Source: Selaginella moellendorffii
Lineage: Eukaryota > Plantae > Lycopodiophyta
Length of the DNA: 64,000 nucleotides
NCBI RefSeq assembly: GCF_000143415.4
Contig: NW_003314296.1
Span: 248,001 to 312,000 of the forward strand
Reading direction: 5' to 3'
The notes under the pieces were generated by a model. The model ran no database searches and was not told the DNA's origin. It saw only the letters and a list, made by a program, of their open reading frames with translations. The translations under genes and the position numbers were made by a program. This document shows, in pieces, positions 41,801 to 55,735 of the stretch (position 1 is the stretch's first letter; each line of letters begins with the position of its first letter).

Positions 41801-44105
41801 GATTGTCCCTGAGGAGTGCTTGGATTTGGGATTTTGGTTTAGATCTAGTTTTTGCATTGTTTAGATTTAGTTTTTTCCATTTTCTTTCTTTTATTCTTTC
41901 CTTTCAGGATTTTGGTTTAGATCTAGCTTTTTGCATTGTCTAGATCTACTATTTCCTTCTAGTTTTTTGTCATTTCTCTTCTTTTTCTCTTTCTTTTTTG
42001 TTCATTTTCATGGTAGATCAGCAATCTCCTCCTTTAACTCTAGATTGGCAACCTCTATTTCCTGGTTGGAGACCTTGGTGTTAACAACGTCCCGTTGGTG
42101 CTATTGCAGTGGAAGGTTTGGACACTGAGATGCATCTAGGAAACAAGGAGTCATGCGAGTAATGGAGGGACCTTGTGCGAATAAGTCAATGACCCCTCCA
42201 TCTTTCTTTCGGGAGTATCATCAAAGGGTTCATTCAACACCGGTTCATCCAATGCTTACCTTTTAAGCTTGTTTTATAACAAAATGTCTTGTATTATTCT
42301 CTCCATGTTAGTTGATATAGGTTCGAGTTTATCTTCTATTGCTCGACCTATTACCACACGTTGCCATCTACACTTGCGTCATGCGGTGGAACTAATTTTC
42401 ATTTTTTATGGCGAGCTTGAGTTGCAGTCATTGCGAGTGGTGCCGAGTCAAGCTTTTGACCTCATTCTTGGATGGATTAATTGCAATGCAATCATGCTAA
42501 GTGTGACTTTGAGGTTTTTCCCCCTTATCTTATACTCCTTTATATTTCATCTATTCCTCTCACTTCCGTACCTCTTCGTCCCTTTACTTCTACCTCTGCT
42601 TCCATTACTTTTGTTCCCCCACTATTTCCTCTTCTATTTCCGTTTTATTCTGCTCTTCCCTTTTCCGACCCCTCCGATGATCTTTGTGTTGCAGCAGTTG
42701 ACTAGCTCATGAAGGAGTATTCTGATCTCTTTGAATTTGACCTATCGTCTGGGGCCAAGATTGCCACACGTCATCCAATTCCAACCGGGGATACTCGTCC
42801 AATCAAGGTTCCTATTTGTCGTCGGTCACCCAAGAAAATAAAGATTTTACATGCAAATGTCAAGGAGATGTTGGAGAAGGGTGTTATTCGGAAGTCACGG
42901 AGTCCTTGGGCATATGAAACTCATCTTGTGACGAAGCTTGATAGGAGTATTCATTTCTACATCAACTATCGTCTATTAAACAAAATGACGATCCCAGATG
43001 TGTACCCTCTTCCTCACACTGCTGATCTTTTGGATCATTTAGGGTGAAATCGTTGGTTCACCAAGCTAAATCTTACTTCTGGGTACTAGCAAGTACCGAT
43101 GGCCGAAGAAAATATTCCTAAGACTGCTTTTCGTACACCAATTAGTTTGTACGAGTTCTTGGTGATGCTGTTTGATTCGAACAATGCTCCAGCAACTTTC
43201 CAACAGATGATGGACGAAGTTCATTGCGATATGCCGAAGGTGATTGCTAACTTCATTGATGATGTCTTGATCCACTTGAAGGGGATGTGGGAGGAGCACG
43301 TTCATGATGTTTGTAAAGTGTTGGATCGGCTACGTGACGTTAGTTTAAAGTTGAAGTGATTGAAGTGCGTGTTTGGGAGCTATCTTGGGTATCATATTTC
43401 TCGTGAGGGTTTGCAAATTGATCCTGAAAAACTTGTGGCTGTTCTAAAGTTCCCTACTCCGAAGTGCGTGAATGATGTGCAGCACTTCTTGGGCAAGGTG
43501 CAGTATCTTGGTCGTTTTGTGGATCATCTTTTTTATTGCACTGCACCATTGCGAGCGTTGCTGAAGTTATCAACATCATCTTTCATCTGGTCTCTGGATT
43601 GTGAGCGGGTGTTTGTGGATCTCAAAAAGCTATTGACGACTCTTCCAGTTTTGGCATATCTTGACTACTTTTATTTTGCATGTGGATGCTTCTAACATTG
43701 GTCTTGGAAGTGTGTTGATGCAAAAGAGCTCGAGTGTGCTTAGTCAGTGCCATCCCATTGCGTATATAAGCCGTACATTACAACTAGTGAAGATGAACTA
43801 CTCCACAATAGAGAAGGAGTGTTTAGCAGTAATCTGGGGTTTCAAGAAACTTCATGCATATCTACATGGTTCTCGGACATTACTTGAAAGTGACCATGTT
43901 GCTGTTACTTCATTATTGAAGCGGAAGAACTTGGTTGGTCGTACTGCTTGATGGGCTTTAAAGCTTCAAAGATATATAATTTTGATGTTGTTCATCGCCC
44001 AGAGAGTTTTATGGCTGATGCTAATACCCTTTCTTGAGTTCTTCTTTCTTCTTCACTCTCTTCTCATGTTTCTGACAAACCTGTTATTCCAGCATCTATG
44101 GATTT

Positions 44106-47100
44106 TCTAGATGAGGAAAACATAACCCACAGGCCCAGGATCTAAAGGTAGGGCAAAGCAAGGCCAAAGATTCCTGCCTAAACCTGGTGTCCACGAGAGG
44201 ACAACTCACTAAAGGAATTAAGGCAGCCTTTTTGTGCTTACTCTCGGTGAAGAGTGACAAAAGACAGGAACGGAAGAAGTACCTTTAGTGATCCAGCGGG
44301 TGTTGGACCAATTCCAGGATACCATGCCGGAGGAGTTACCGGCGGGGTTGCCCCCCGCACAACCGATGGAACATAAGATTGAGCTGGTCGAGGGTGCTGA
44401 GGCAGTGGTTCGTCCCCCCTATCGTTTGAACGAAAAAAAACTCAAGGAGCTTAAGTGCCAACTAGAGGAGTTGGTGGACAAAGGGTATGTTAGGTTGAGC
44501 AAGTCGCCGTATGGGGTGCCGGTGTTATTTGTGAAAAAGAAAGATGGATCTATGCGCATGTGCATAGATTACCGGTTGCTCAACAAGTATACAAAGAAGA
44601 ACAAGTACCCTTTGCCAAAGATTGAGGACCTGTTCGATAGGTTGGGAAAGGCAAAATACTTCTCAAGGATTGACCTAAGGTAAGGATATTACCAGATCAG
44701 GGTAGCTGAGGAAGATGTCGAGAAAACAACCTGTCGAACGAGGTATGGGAGCTTTGAGTTTCTGGTGATGCCCTTTGGGCTGTGCAATGCGCCGGCAACG
44801 TTTTCGGCGTTGATGAACCACATCTTTGTACCCTATTTGGATCACTTCGTGGTCGTCTATATTGACGACATCCTAATCTATAGCGAGACGCTAGAGGAGC
44901 ATGCCGAACACTTGGCGAAGGTGTTTGAAAAACTAAGGGAACACAAACTGTATGCTAAAGAGAGCAAATGTGACTTTGCTCAACAAGAGGTAAAGTTTCT
45001 CAGGCATGTGGTGGGCCAGGACGGGCTCAAGGTGGACCTGGAGAAGGTCCAAGCGATCCAGGAATGGGAGCGACCATCGAATGTACATGAGTTGAGGGCG
45101 TTCTTGGGGCTATGCAACTACTACCGAAAGTTTATCAGACACTATTCGAGAGTAGCCCTGCCCTTAACGGACCAAACAGGAAAAGGGAAGATGGTATGGA
45201 CAGCGGAATGTAAGGCGGCATTCGTCCACCTCAAAGGGAAGTTGAGGAAGGCTCCCGTGTTGGCATTACCAGACTTTGGTAAGGACTTCGAGGTAGAAAC
45301 GGATGCTTCGGACTTTGCGTTGGGCGCAGTTTTGAAGCAAGACAACCATCCAGTAGCGTTCTTCTCGAAAAAGTTGGACAAGGCTCAACGAAAGTGGCCT
45401 GCCCACGAGAAGGAATTGTTTGCGGTGATCAAGGCGCTCAAGGAGTGGCGACACTACCTTGGGAGACACTTCAAGGTTTACACGGACAATGTGGCAACGA
45501 AACACTTCTTGTCACAGCCCGACCTGAGAGGGAAACAAGGTTGGTGGGCCAATGCCTTAGCCGAGTTTGATTGCGAGATTCTGTACAAGCCTGGGAAGAG
45601 CAACGTCGTGGCGGATGCGCTAAGTCAAAAAGCGAGCTTGAGGTTGGCGATATCCAGCGCAACAGCAACCTTTTGGGACGATGTGCGGACAGCATATGAG
45701 AACAATGGTCTAGCACAAGAAGTGTTACTGAGGAATCTGGAGGCACGGGAAGCTCACTAGAGAGGTGAGCTACCAACGGAAGAGAAAATGGGCTATGCAG
45801 AACGCAACGGACTCATCTATTACAAGCAAATGAGGGTGTATGTCCCAGAAGGGGAACTAAGGAAGGTAGCCTTAGAAGAGTGTCATGACGGACCTCTTGC
45901 GGGACACGGCGGAGTGCCCAAGACGATGGGCTTACTCAAGAGGAAGTACCATTGGCCAGATATGGCTAAAGACGTCCAAGACTATGTAAAGACATGTCCA
46001 ACATGTCAGTAGGTCAAAGCCGTGACTAAGGCTAGTGGGGGCTTGTTGCAAAGCATCCCAATGCCAGATCGTCCGTGGAAATGTCTTACGATGGACTTCA
46101 TCACGGGACTTCCCCCAAGCGAGGGGTTTGATGCGGTATTCGTGGTGGTGGACCGATTTTCAAAAATGGCACATTTCATACCCACCACAACGGAAGTGGA
46201 TGCGGAAGGTGTGGCGAAGCTGTTCTTCGAACAAGTGGTTCGAGTGCGGGGAAGGCCAGAAGAGATCATCTCAGATCGAGATAAGATCTTCACTAATAGG
46301 TTCTGGAAGACTCTCCTGGAACAGTATCGCACCAAGTTGAAATTCAGCACAGCCTATCACCCACAGACAGACGGACAAACGGAAAGGGTGAATAGGCAGC
46401 TGGAGGATTATTTGCGATGCTATGTTTCGGGAGACCAGACCGATTGGGTAAGTCATTTGGGACTTGCGGAAATGTGTTATAACAACTCACCACATTCAAG
46501 TATCGAGGTGAGTCCATGGGAAGTCATCAATGGGCGAGCTATTGAAGGTCCTATGGAACTCGGCATGGCTGAGTATCATAGAGAGCTACCCGCAGTGGAG
46601 GCATTCACGGCGGAAAGATTCAACATTTGGAATCTAGTGAGGGATTCCTTGGAACGGGCTCAACAAAGGCAAACCAAGTACGCGAACCTAAAGCACCGGG
46701 ATGTAGAGTTCCAAGCTGGGGAGAAGGTGTGGCTGAACACCAAGAACCTCAGGCTACCAAGTGGGATCAGCCGGAAGTAAGGTAAAAATGCATGTATTCC
46801 TGTAAATGAATTGATCTTGAGTTCTTTAAGCAGGTTCGCGGGGCCTTACGAGATTGAGGCACGAATCGGTAAAGTGGCTTACCGACTCCGACTTCCTCGA
46901 GAGATGGGGAAGATGCACCTAGTGTTCCACGTGAACTTGCTCAAGCCGTACTTTGAGGATCCGCTTCGCAAGGACCAAGTAAGACCTTTACCTGAGGTTA
47001 TCCAAGGGGAAAAGGAATACGAAGTCGAGGCCATCCTCAATGCGTGCAAGAGTAAGCGACAAGGACGCGAGGTGAGAGAGTTCCATGTGAAGTGGAAAGG

Positions 47101-47553
47101 ATTTCCACATTGCGAAGCAACATGGGAACCAAAGGAGAACCTGGCGAACACGCGAGATCTAGTGGAGGAATTTCTGCAAGGTAGAACTCTATGTACTTAT
47201 GCAAAGTTCAATTAAAAATATCAATTTGCAAAGTTGAGCAAATGGCATATATTGGGACCCAAAGGCGCGCTTAAGGTAAGCTAATTAGCATGGGTTGGCT
47301 AGGTCGACCAGGCGTAGGGAGCTACATCTGACTCCCTACGGGGATGTCAAATCCGTAGACGTATTCTACGGAGGTTGGGTTCGAGTCCCAACCCCCTAGT
47401 AAAGCAAGGCTGGGTTCAAGTCCCAACCCCATACTAGGGCGTGGTGAGGGGAGGAGTATAGGGACACCTATATTCCGTTGTTCATGGGCCCTTTCCCTCT
47501 ATATTTAAACCCCTATGGATCGTCTCTCGAGTCGTTCCCTTTGGTTGCTTACA
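44106..47553 (+). mobile_element. 5'-truncated chromovirus-type Gypsy element nested in the element above
   Basis: Better-preserved pol, ending in GGTTGCTTACA at 47553. Flanks GATTT/GATTC may be a TSD. Left boundary uncertain. Confidence 0.8.
44288..47215 (+). pseudogene. Gypsy pol: RT, RNase H, integrase and chromodomain, with several in-frame stops
   Basis: MPFGLCNAP, YIDD, ETDASDFALGAVL, HHCC zinc finger, MDFITGLP, YHPQTDGQTER, GPY and YEVEAIL...VKWKGFPHCEATWEP. Confidence 0.93.
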
Positions 47554-50500
47554 GATTCTGTGTCGTCAGTGGTTGCTGTACTTGACATTTAGTGTCCACA
47601 AGGCGTAGAGCAAGATCTTACTTTCTCTTGATGAGGTTCGCAAAGCTCAAAAGATTGAGCCGTGGATTCAAAGGCTTTGCAATGGGTTTGAGAATCCTAC
47701 ATCACTTGCTAATGACTTGTTTTTCCGGCATTAACATTCTCAATATTGCCTTAAAGATGGCCTTTTTTATTTTGTGGGGATGGATCTTGATGATCATTTA
47801 TGGCTAGTGGTGCCTTCTATTTTTATTCCGCAATTTCTCTATGCCTACCATGATTCTCCTGTTCTAGGTGGGCATATGGGACATCGTCGTGTAACCGAGA
47901 AGCTGCACAGGTCTTTCTATTGGCTGGAGATGGGATGTGATATTATCTAGTATGTGTATAGCTACATTTGGTGCCAAGCTCGTAATACTCCCCCTCGTGC
48001 TACGGAAGGATGGTTGGAGTCAATTGCAGTTTCCCATTCGTTTGAGTTAGTGGCATTTGATCTTATGGGACTTTTTCCACTGTCGACTGCTGGCAATGAG
48101 TATGTTATTATTGCTTCTGACTACTTAACTTGTTGGGTGGAAGTTGGTGCTCTTGCTAGTGCCTTTGCAACTACTGTTGGATACTTCCTCCTCAATCAGA
48201 TGGTCTAGTAGAATAGCTTTTTCGGACATTCAAAGGGATGATTGCAAAGTATGTGAATTTTCAGCATTTGGATTGGGATGGTTATTTGCCATCTTTTCAG
48301 TATGCATGTGTCACAGGGGTGCAGAGTTCAGTTGGTGCTTCACCATATAAACTCCTATATAGTCATGATCCAATATTACCAACAGAGCTGGGTTCACCTT
48401 CACAATTGCCATGAGCTGCCGATGCTAGGTTGTGGGATTAGTATTTGACAAGCATTCTTCCACTTGTCCGACCAGAGTCTACCTAACACCTAGGCTGCAT
48501 ACAAATGGGGCTATAACTCCCATCATCATCCATTTGTGGAGTACAAAGTGGATGATTTGGTGTTAGTCCATTTTCCCCATCTTACGGTACATGGTTTATG
48601 TAAGGGGCTCCTTGCGCAATGGAAAGGACCGTATCAAGTGTTGCGGCAAGTTGGACCATAAGTTTATGAGGTTCGGCATGACATCTAGCAGACCAATCCT
48701 CCAGAGATTGTGCATGTGCAACAGTTGAAATGCTTCATACAAAGGGATCAGAAGCAATTAATACCACCTACAAATCCACTGATGCCTCTTTCAGATGTTC
48801 GTCCAGATCCCGGCCCATTTACAAGATAACCCTGATGGTCTTCCATTATTCCGAGAGGAGGGAATGATGTGAGGGCCAAGTGTATGGTTACGATGCTATA
48901 TACTAATATTAGCGTAGTGAGATTTTGGTAGCCATCGAATTGGTTTCAATCCAAATCACTTCATCAAATTGTTTCATCAAATTGCTTTTGTATATCAACT
49001 AGGGTTTTTGGGCTAATTGATATGCACATTTTCTGTATTCCCTTTCCATATCCCAAGCACTCACAATGCAAAAGCATAATTTATATTTTAAAATGTTGAT
49101 ATTTTAAGTGGTAAAAGCATATATGGCTTTAAAATACATGGTCAAATTTATAACAATATTGCTTCAACATATCCTGTTGCCAACATGCCATTATCATATA
49201 GATAATTTTACATGTTTAATATATATGAGGCTACAAATATTAGAAAGGAAAATTCATTCAACACAAATTGTGATCTTAATTTTTTATTACAATTAGATAA
49301 GTTTTAAGAACAATAAACATATATACACAAGCTTTTTAAATGATGTATAACCTTGAATCACAAGAACAATATCACTCAATTAGCACTATAACTTTGAAAT
49401 ATGGTATTTACATGGTTGTTAGAAATGGAGGTACCTCAATCATAGCCTAGCTGTTCTCAAAGTTCCAAGGGAATGAAGTGATGGAAGTTAATGTGTTGCC
49501 TAGGAACGGTAACTGCAAAAATGATGAAAGATGACAACCTAATAGATGAATGGTGGAAGAAATTGCTAGTTGATTATAATGGAGTGATAGTGGAGGGGAT
49601 CTGGCAGCCTTTGAATATAGTTGAAGTTGTTGGTAGCATGTGTGCTCATTGCGGAAGAAGAAAAGGTTTGTAATCTTTATAGCCATCTATTAGAATCATT
49701 GTGTTTTTCTACTGTAGAAATATGGGATTGGGTAAAACATCTACCCATAGTAATACTTAGTCTCTTGTGTGCATCAGGTCTAACCATCTCTCAAAAATCA
49801 GCTACTAAGTGTCTTAGATTTACCCATACTCACTGCATCAAAGTAGTCTAAGTCATATCTTGAGTTTAGCATGTTAGATTGGCTGCTTTTTGGTGTGGCT
49901 ATTGCATATAGTGATGATGAATAGAGTGAGATCCCTGAGGCCATGTGTGCATGATGAGAAAAGTGAAGAAGTGTGAACCAGACAATTGTAGTGAGTGGTA
50001 AACAATGGTGTAGTTAGTAATAGAATGAATGATTGTAACTGTAAGTGGTGGAGAGTGATGTTGATGATAGTGGGAGTGAAATAAAGTGAAAAAAAACCTA
50101 GGAACCTTGAGTAGCAAACTGTGAAATGGATGACCTCCCAGATGCGAGGAGTTGATGCAACCTTAAGGTGAAAGTCCAAGCTCATGATTACTCCATCCTA
50201 GAAACACCATCTAAAAGAAAGCAAAAATAATGAAAGAAAAAGAAAGAAAAGAGGAGACAAGAAAAAATCTCACAACATAGGAAGTTTGGAAAACTCTCTC
50301 CTAGAGATTGAATCTATGCCAAGAGATCATAAAGAGTTTTGAAGGAGGCCAAAGATGTTGCAAATCTAACCATTTCACCCTCCAATGTGTGATGTGTTAG
50401 TATTGCCAATATGATGAAATCTGGAGCTTGGCTGTATGTGGTGACCTATGGAGCCCCTAGAGTATGGAAGGAAGAGTCTCCAAAGTAGTGAACTCAATCA

Positions 50501-51599
50501 GAAGTGCTCACAAGAATCCGATGGTTAAGTAAATTGTGAGTGACCATAAAAGATGTCATGCTGTGGGTGAGGCCACGGCTAATATCTTGTTTTTAGAGAG
50601 GTCCAATGTGATGTCTCAAGGTTGGAGAAGCTTTTGAAAAGAGCTAGGCTAGTGGTGGAGAAAAAGTGCTACTTTTGCCACCTTTAGTGAGTAAATAATT
50701 TGCAACTTTTGGCCTGTATGCACCTTGTCCATCTGTTGTGTCAAAGTGTTGTGGACTATGGTTAAAGGTTGGAGATGGTCCAAAGAAAAAAGTGTGGCTA
50801 GAAACAATCTATGAGTCACTGCAAATGTGTTCTTATCATCACTTAGAAGGTCACATGGTAAAGTACATGTGACTTGGAGATTTTCCTGTAAAGGTGGTTA
50901 GTACAACATCACAAACTTCTTGGTGGATATCAACTCCAAGAGAGGAAGAGAAATCATGCTCTATAGCTACAAACTCCCTTGGCAATATGAATGTGGGTGA
51001 TGTTGCGTCAATGAGTGAAGTGGTCTCATCCAGTGGCCAAGGTTACATCTCTACCTTATGTGGATGGGCCTTGTGCTCCACAAGCTTAGGAGCCATTGCT
51101 TCTACCTGAAAACTCATATGGATTTTGCTCCTGTTGATAGAGTTGTATGGAATCTCTGAGCTGGGAAGAATTGGATCTAGCACCTCTAGTTATGTGAGAA
51201 TGTGTTGTAGAGTGTCTGGTGTCCCTATATGAGGATCTGTCTCAAAAAATTTGCTCTTCAAAGGCACCACAAAAACTGTGTTCTCCTCCAAGTTGGGCAT
51301 TTTTGGAATCCCAAGAATCTTGCTTGGATCTTTAGCCACCTAGAGCCCGAGTGAACATGGTGATGCAGAGTGGATGGAGGAGAAGTCAAGGATAAGGTTG
51401 TTCAGTCTATGTACAGAAAATCAATCATATTACATCTCAAAATTGAGACTCCATCATCATGCTAGCAATTGACGAAGAAGCAATAGATCATTGTGGAGAG
51501 GAGCTTGATGGTGCTATTGTGACCTTAGCCATGTCTTGGGATGCCAAAGCTTGCCCCTTATCATTGAGAATTATCACCTAGCTGTCTCCTCTCCCAATC

Positions 51600-51950
51600 T
51601 ATAGCTACTTGTGCTTGAAGTCAAAGACACAAGGTGTTGCATCTAACCATGGCTGCCCCAAGATGACAGACTTCTCCTATGAGGAGGCTCCCAAAGCAAT
51701 GTAGTCCACAACAAGGAAGTTAGCTATGGACTCATGACTGTGGATGAGAATACTGACATTTTAGCAAATTCCCATAGGTGCTATAGTGTGAGTTACAAAG
51801 GTCTTTAACATGACTTTGGAATAGTTTTGGACTTGGAGGCTTGCTTGTTGAGAAAGAGTGGAGGAGAGAATGTTTGTGGCTGAGCTAAAGTTAGCAAGAG
51901 CCTCCACATTAATGCCCTGCAATTGCTGTTAAAACTATGAATGTGCCTAG
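51600..51950 (-). mobile_element. Heavily decayed retroelement aspartic protease remnant
   Basis: INVEALANFSSATNILS...ANFLVVD...VILGQPWL. Confidence 0.55.
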
Positions 51951-52347
51951 ATCAAGAGCCACTATGGCATTGACAATAAAAATGGAAGTCATGTCTGGGG
52001 CTGAAAAAGGTGCTCACTGGGATCTCAAACTGCTAAAGCAAAGCTAGGAATTGTAGACAAAGAGCGGCAAGTGTTGTCATGATTGGAATTGTTAGGACCT
52101 GGTCTATAAGATTGCTTGAGTAACAACTTGACATCAAAAGAGACCTTTCAGGCTACATGTTGGTGAAGTTTGGCATGCATGCAGACACTAGAACTCCAGA
52201 TATCAACTTTGACACTGGCACTACTGCAAATGTCTCCAAGAAGGGCAACTTGTAAGTAGTGAGAACTGGAGGGGAAACAAATGCTAGAGCTAGTGTCAAT
52301 GTGGTGTCCAACTCCTCTATTGCTATTTGTGCCTTTCTCTAAGTAGC

Positions 52348-53993
52348 TGTGAGACACAAAATCCCTAGGCCCCAAAGTGGAGCCGGAAGGGTGCCACGTG
52401 GTAGTGGCCAAAGCGAAAGCCAAACGAATGTAACACGTTTGGACCAAAAACTCCAACTTGAAAGGTCAAGAGTGGGAGTGGAACTCCCAACAAAGGGCTC
52501 GAGGAATGAGTACAAAGCAAGCAATAAGCGAGGCTCCAAAAAGGGACTCAAAAGGACCACCACGTGACACGTGGATGAGTCCGAGATAGAGTCCGAGTTG
52601 GAGTCTGAGATGGACCGGAGATGGAGTCCAAGATGGACCTGAGTTGGAGTCCAAGATGGACCTGAGATGGAGTCTGAGATGGAGTCCGAGATGGACCTGA
52701 GATGGACCCGAGTTGGAGTCTGAGACGGACCCAAGATGGAGTTCGAGATGGACCGAGACAGAGTCCGAGATGGAGTCCAAGATGGAATCCAAGATGGAGT
52801 CTGAGAAGGACCCGAGATGGAGTCCAAGGTCGAGACCGAGACCAGGACCAAGACGGAGACCGGGACTGAGACTGAGACCAAGACTGAGACCGAGACCGAA
52901 ATCGGGACCGAGACCGAGACCGAGGCCAAGGCTGAGACCAATCCCGAGTCCGAGTCCGAGTCCGAGTCCGAGTCCGAGTCTGAGTCCGAGTCCGAGTCTG
53001 AGTTTGAGTCTGAGAGGGTGAAAGCCCAAAGTGTTCGTCTCCCAAACCCTAGGGGGTTTGGTGAGCTCTAAAAGTATAGTAAGGGGGAGGACTATAGTGG
53101 AGCCAGTTTGGCTAGGAAAGGCCAGTTTGGCCCAGGAAGGTTGTACCCAGTGTTGGGTGATAAGCTGCCCACTAGGAAGTCCAAGACTAGAGTGAACACA
53201 AATTGACAAGCGGGGTAGCTTGGTGAAGTGTTCAAGAGCCAGCTCTAGTTCCCCCGGGAGATCAACTGGCCGATGCTCCCAGTCTAAATGTGGGTGGCAC
53301 TACCTATTTGGATACCTGGTGTGGCTCAACGGAACCTCGCTCTAAGCCCATGGCTAGAGCACCCAAAGGCAGAAGGCGGGGAAAGTACCTATGAGGCCCA
53401 CATAAGGCTATGGTGTTCCGAAAGGTTGTCCCAAAGTTCCAGACTGTGGAAAGGAAGAGGAGTAGCCCTCTGGTATGGCGACCAAGGACACAGTCACATA
53501 CAATGGGACTTAGTGGTCAGGCCTGTGGGCCTTGATCTAGTGGCAGTGTTGGCGAACATGGCTATGGACAGAAAGGGACTTGGTGGGGACTGGAAAAAGG
53601 GGTATTGGGGAAGGCTAATCCCCATGTCTGTGGGCATCCTAAGGATGCTAAAGGGTGGATCTGGGATGATCACTCATGGATGGATGGCCCAATCCTTAAG
53701 AGACGGGACTGTGATGCAGGTGGTGTTAGACCACTAGTGTGATCAAGGTGAAGGGGCATGGCCTTAGTGTAACAGGCCGATATGTCAATGGTACCTTGGG
53801 GTGTCAGTCATGGGATAGGACATATGGAGCACTTGGACCAAGTGCAATGGTTGAGTTGCATGGATGTCATTCTTGGGGCTAGCTAGTCCCTAAGTCTAGA
53901 ATAAGACTTATGGAGGTTGTGAGTGAGACTCCTCCAAGTGGTCGGAGGTGTGGTTAAGTGACTAAAGTAGAATGAAAAATTTAGTCGCTTACA
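52348..53993 (+). mobile_element. Family A 5' LTR followed by a PBS and a non-coding or decayed internal region
   Basis: Colinear with 29015-30695 and followed by ATTTGGTATTAGAGC (decayed tRNA-Met PBS). Confidence 0.88.
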
Positions 53994-55735
53994 ATTTGGT
54001 ATTAGAGCTGTTCCTTAGTCCGACTCTTATTGGTAGCCAAGTATATCACCACTTGTATTGGAATTGGAAGGTCCTAGATATGGACCTATCCTCGAGGAGT
54101 AGCATGTCGAGAGGACATGGCTCTCCACTCAAGTTCATGCGTGAACTTGTGCACGATATGGTGGATGGAAAAAGGCTAGTAAGAGAACGACTTTTGGATT
54201 TTGGGAACAGTATAAAGTTTTCCTCAGAGAGTTGAGGATGTGATCCGGATGAGCGGTTGACTCAGCAAACTAACTAAGGTAGTTATGGTAAACAACTATA
54301 GTTGGGATCATGGGAAAGGTAGAAACCCCAAAACAATAAAGGAGTCACAAAATTATCCTCACATAGTTTAGGCTGGTGCTCATGAATTTGAGACCGGAAT
54401 TGATGACCGTGAGAGGTCAAGTATTGATCAGGACACGAATCCTCGAAATGGTAACCAGGGTTACTTTTTATAAATGCTGGAACAAACCTAAGGAGTTGGG
54501 GGTGTGCTTAAAGGATGAGTCGGTATTTTCATTATAGAGATGGATAGTTCTAAGGGGCAAAGGTAGCCCACAGAGAACGGAAAATAATAAAGTGTTGAAG
54601 TAACACTTGCAAGATGGTCCTTATGAGTAGGACATGAATACATGAAGTTGTATTCCAGTGAGCTAACACCTCAAAAATAGGACCTTATGGGTCATTGGTT
54701 TACCAAAGTCCAAAAATGCTGAATGACTCAAGAAGAGTCAAGGAATGGTCCTAAGGGATTGGAAAAAGTATTTGGATTGAGGTGTATGGTGCCCCATGAA
54801 GGATGGGAAGGATCGTAAGATCCAAGTACGAGGACAGAGGGCAGAATGTGCCATAATAAAGTCATGGGAAAGGTGTTCCCTAAAATAAAGCAACTTTGGT
54901 ATAAAGTTGTGTGTGAACCCTATAGTGCAGTGCTAACTGATAGTTGGCATAAGAGATAACTATATTGGTCTTTGGCAAAGACCTAGACACAAGTAAGAAG
55001 TGTCATATAGGTAAACTCGTGGAGCTGATGGTGTGGAAACACTGAATGTGCCAAGGCGTGTTGCCTTGAGGTCAAGTTAGCGGGTTCATGAGAACCCTTC
55101 CAAAGGAATCCCAATGGAAATGGGAATGGCATAGCCTAAGCTAGAAGGCATGCGGTTAGAGTGTAGGGACCCAAATAATGATGGAGGTGTGGAAGCACCA
55201 GCAATGAGTTGTAGGACTTGACAACTATGAGACAACTAAACAAAAGGTGCAAAATAATTGGTTAAATTAGTAGAAGGTAACTACATAAGACTTCTTATGG
55301 GGATAAAGAAGTTAGGTATACTCTTATGGGGGAGAAATTGCATATGTTGTGATATAGTAAGTCAATGTCGTAAAGGGAATGCTCATTGCCAAAAAAACAA
55401 AAAAAAAAGAAGCCATCATTAGGACACCCAAACACTTTAAAACACCCAATTAATCTCTGAATTTTTTACTTCTAGACTCCAGGGGGAAACACTATGGCCT
55501 AACGATTCGATATGAGTACCCTTACTCCCCCATTTCCATCGCAAAAGGAAGGCCTAAGCCCCTGGGAAGGAGTGAGGACCAATGCATTGCACGGTACTCA
55601 AATGGGGCACCACTCCACATGAACCAAGAGCACTATAATCACTTTCCCTTTTGGGAGTGGGAGTTGCTTTAGAGCACTTCCTTGAATGGCCTCTTTAGCA
55701 CCACCCAAGTCTATACAAGTCCATATTCACTCAAG

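Larger units (their letters stand above)
41622..49065 (+). mobile_element. Ty3/Gypsy LTR retrotransposon with short LTRs, decayed pol and a nested insert
   Basis: LTRs at 41622-41776 and 48868-49065, TSD ATGC, PBS TGGTGGAG, PPT GAGAGGAGGGAATGA. RT (FIDD), RNase H (DAS..LG, EKECLAV) and integrase remnants at about 47800-48750. Confidence 0.9.

Noticed and set aside
47373-47430. tRNA gene
   Set aside because: T-arm-like stems only. I could not assemble a canonical cloverleaf.
49450-51500. Possible decayed coding region on the minus strand
   Set aside because: Many stops and no motif I can name with confidence.
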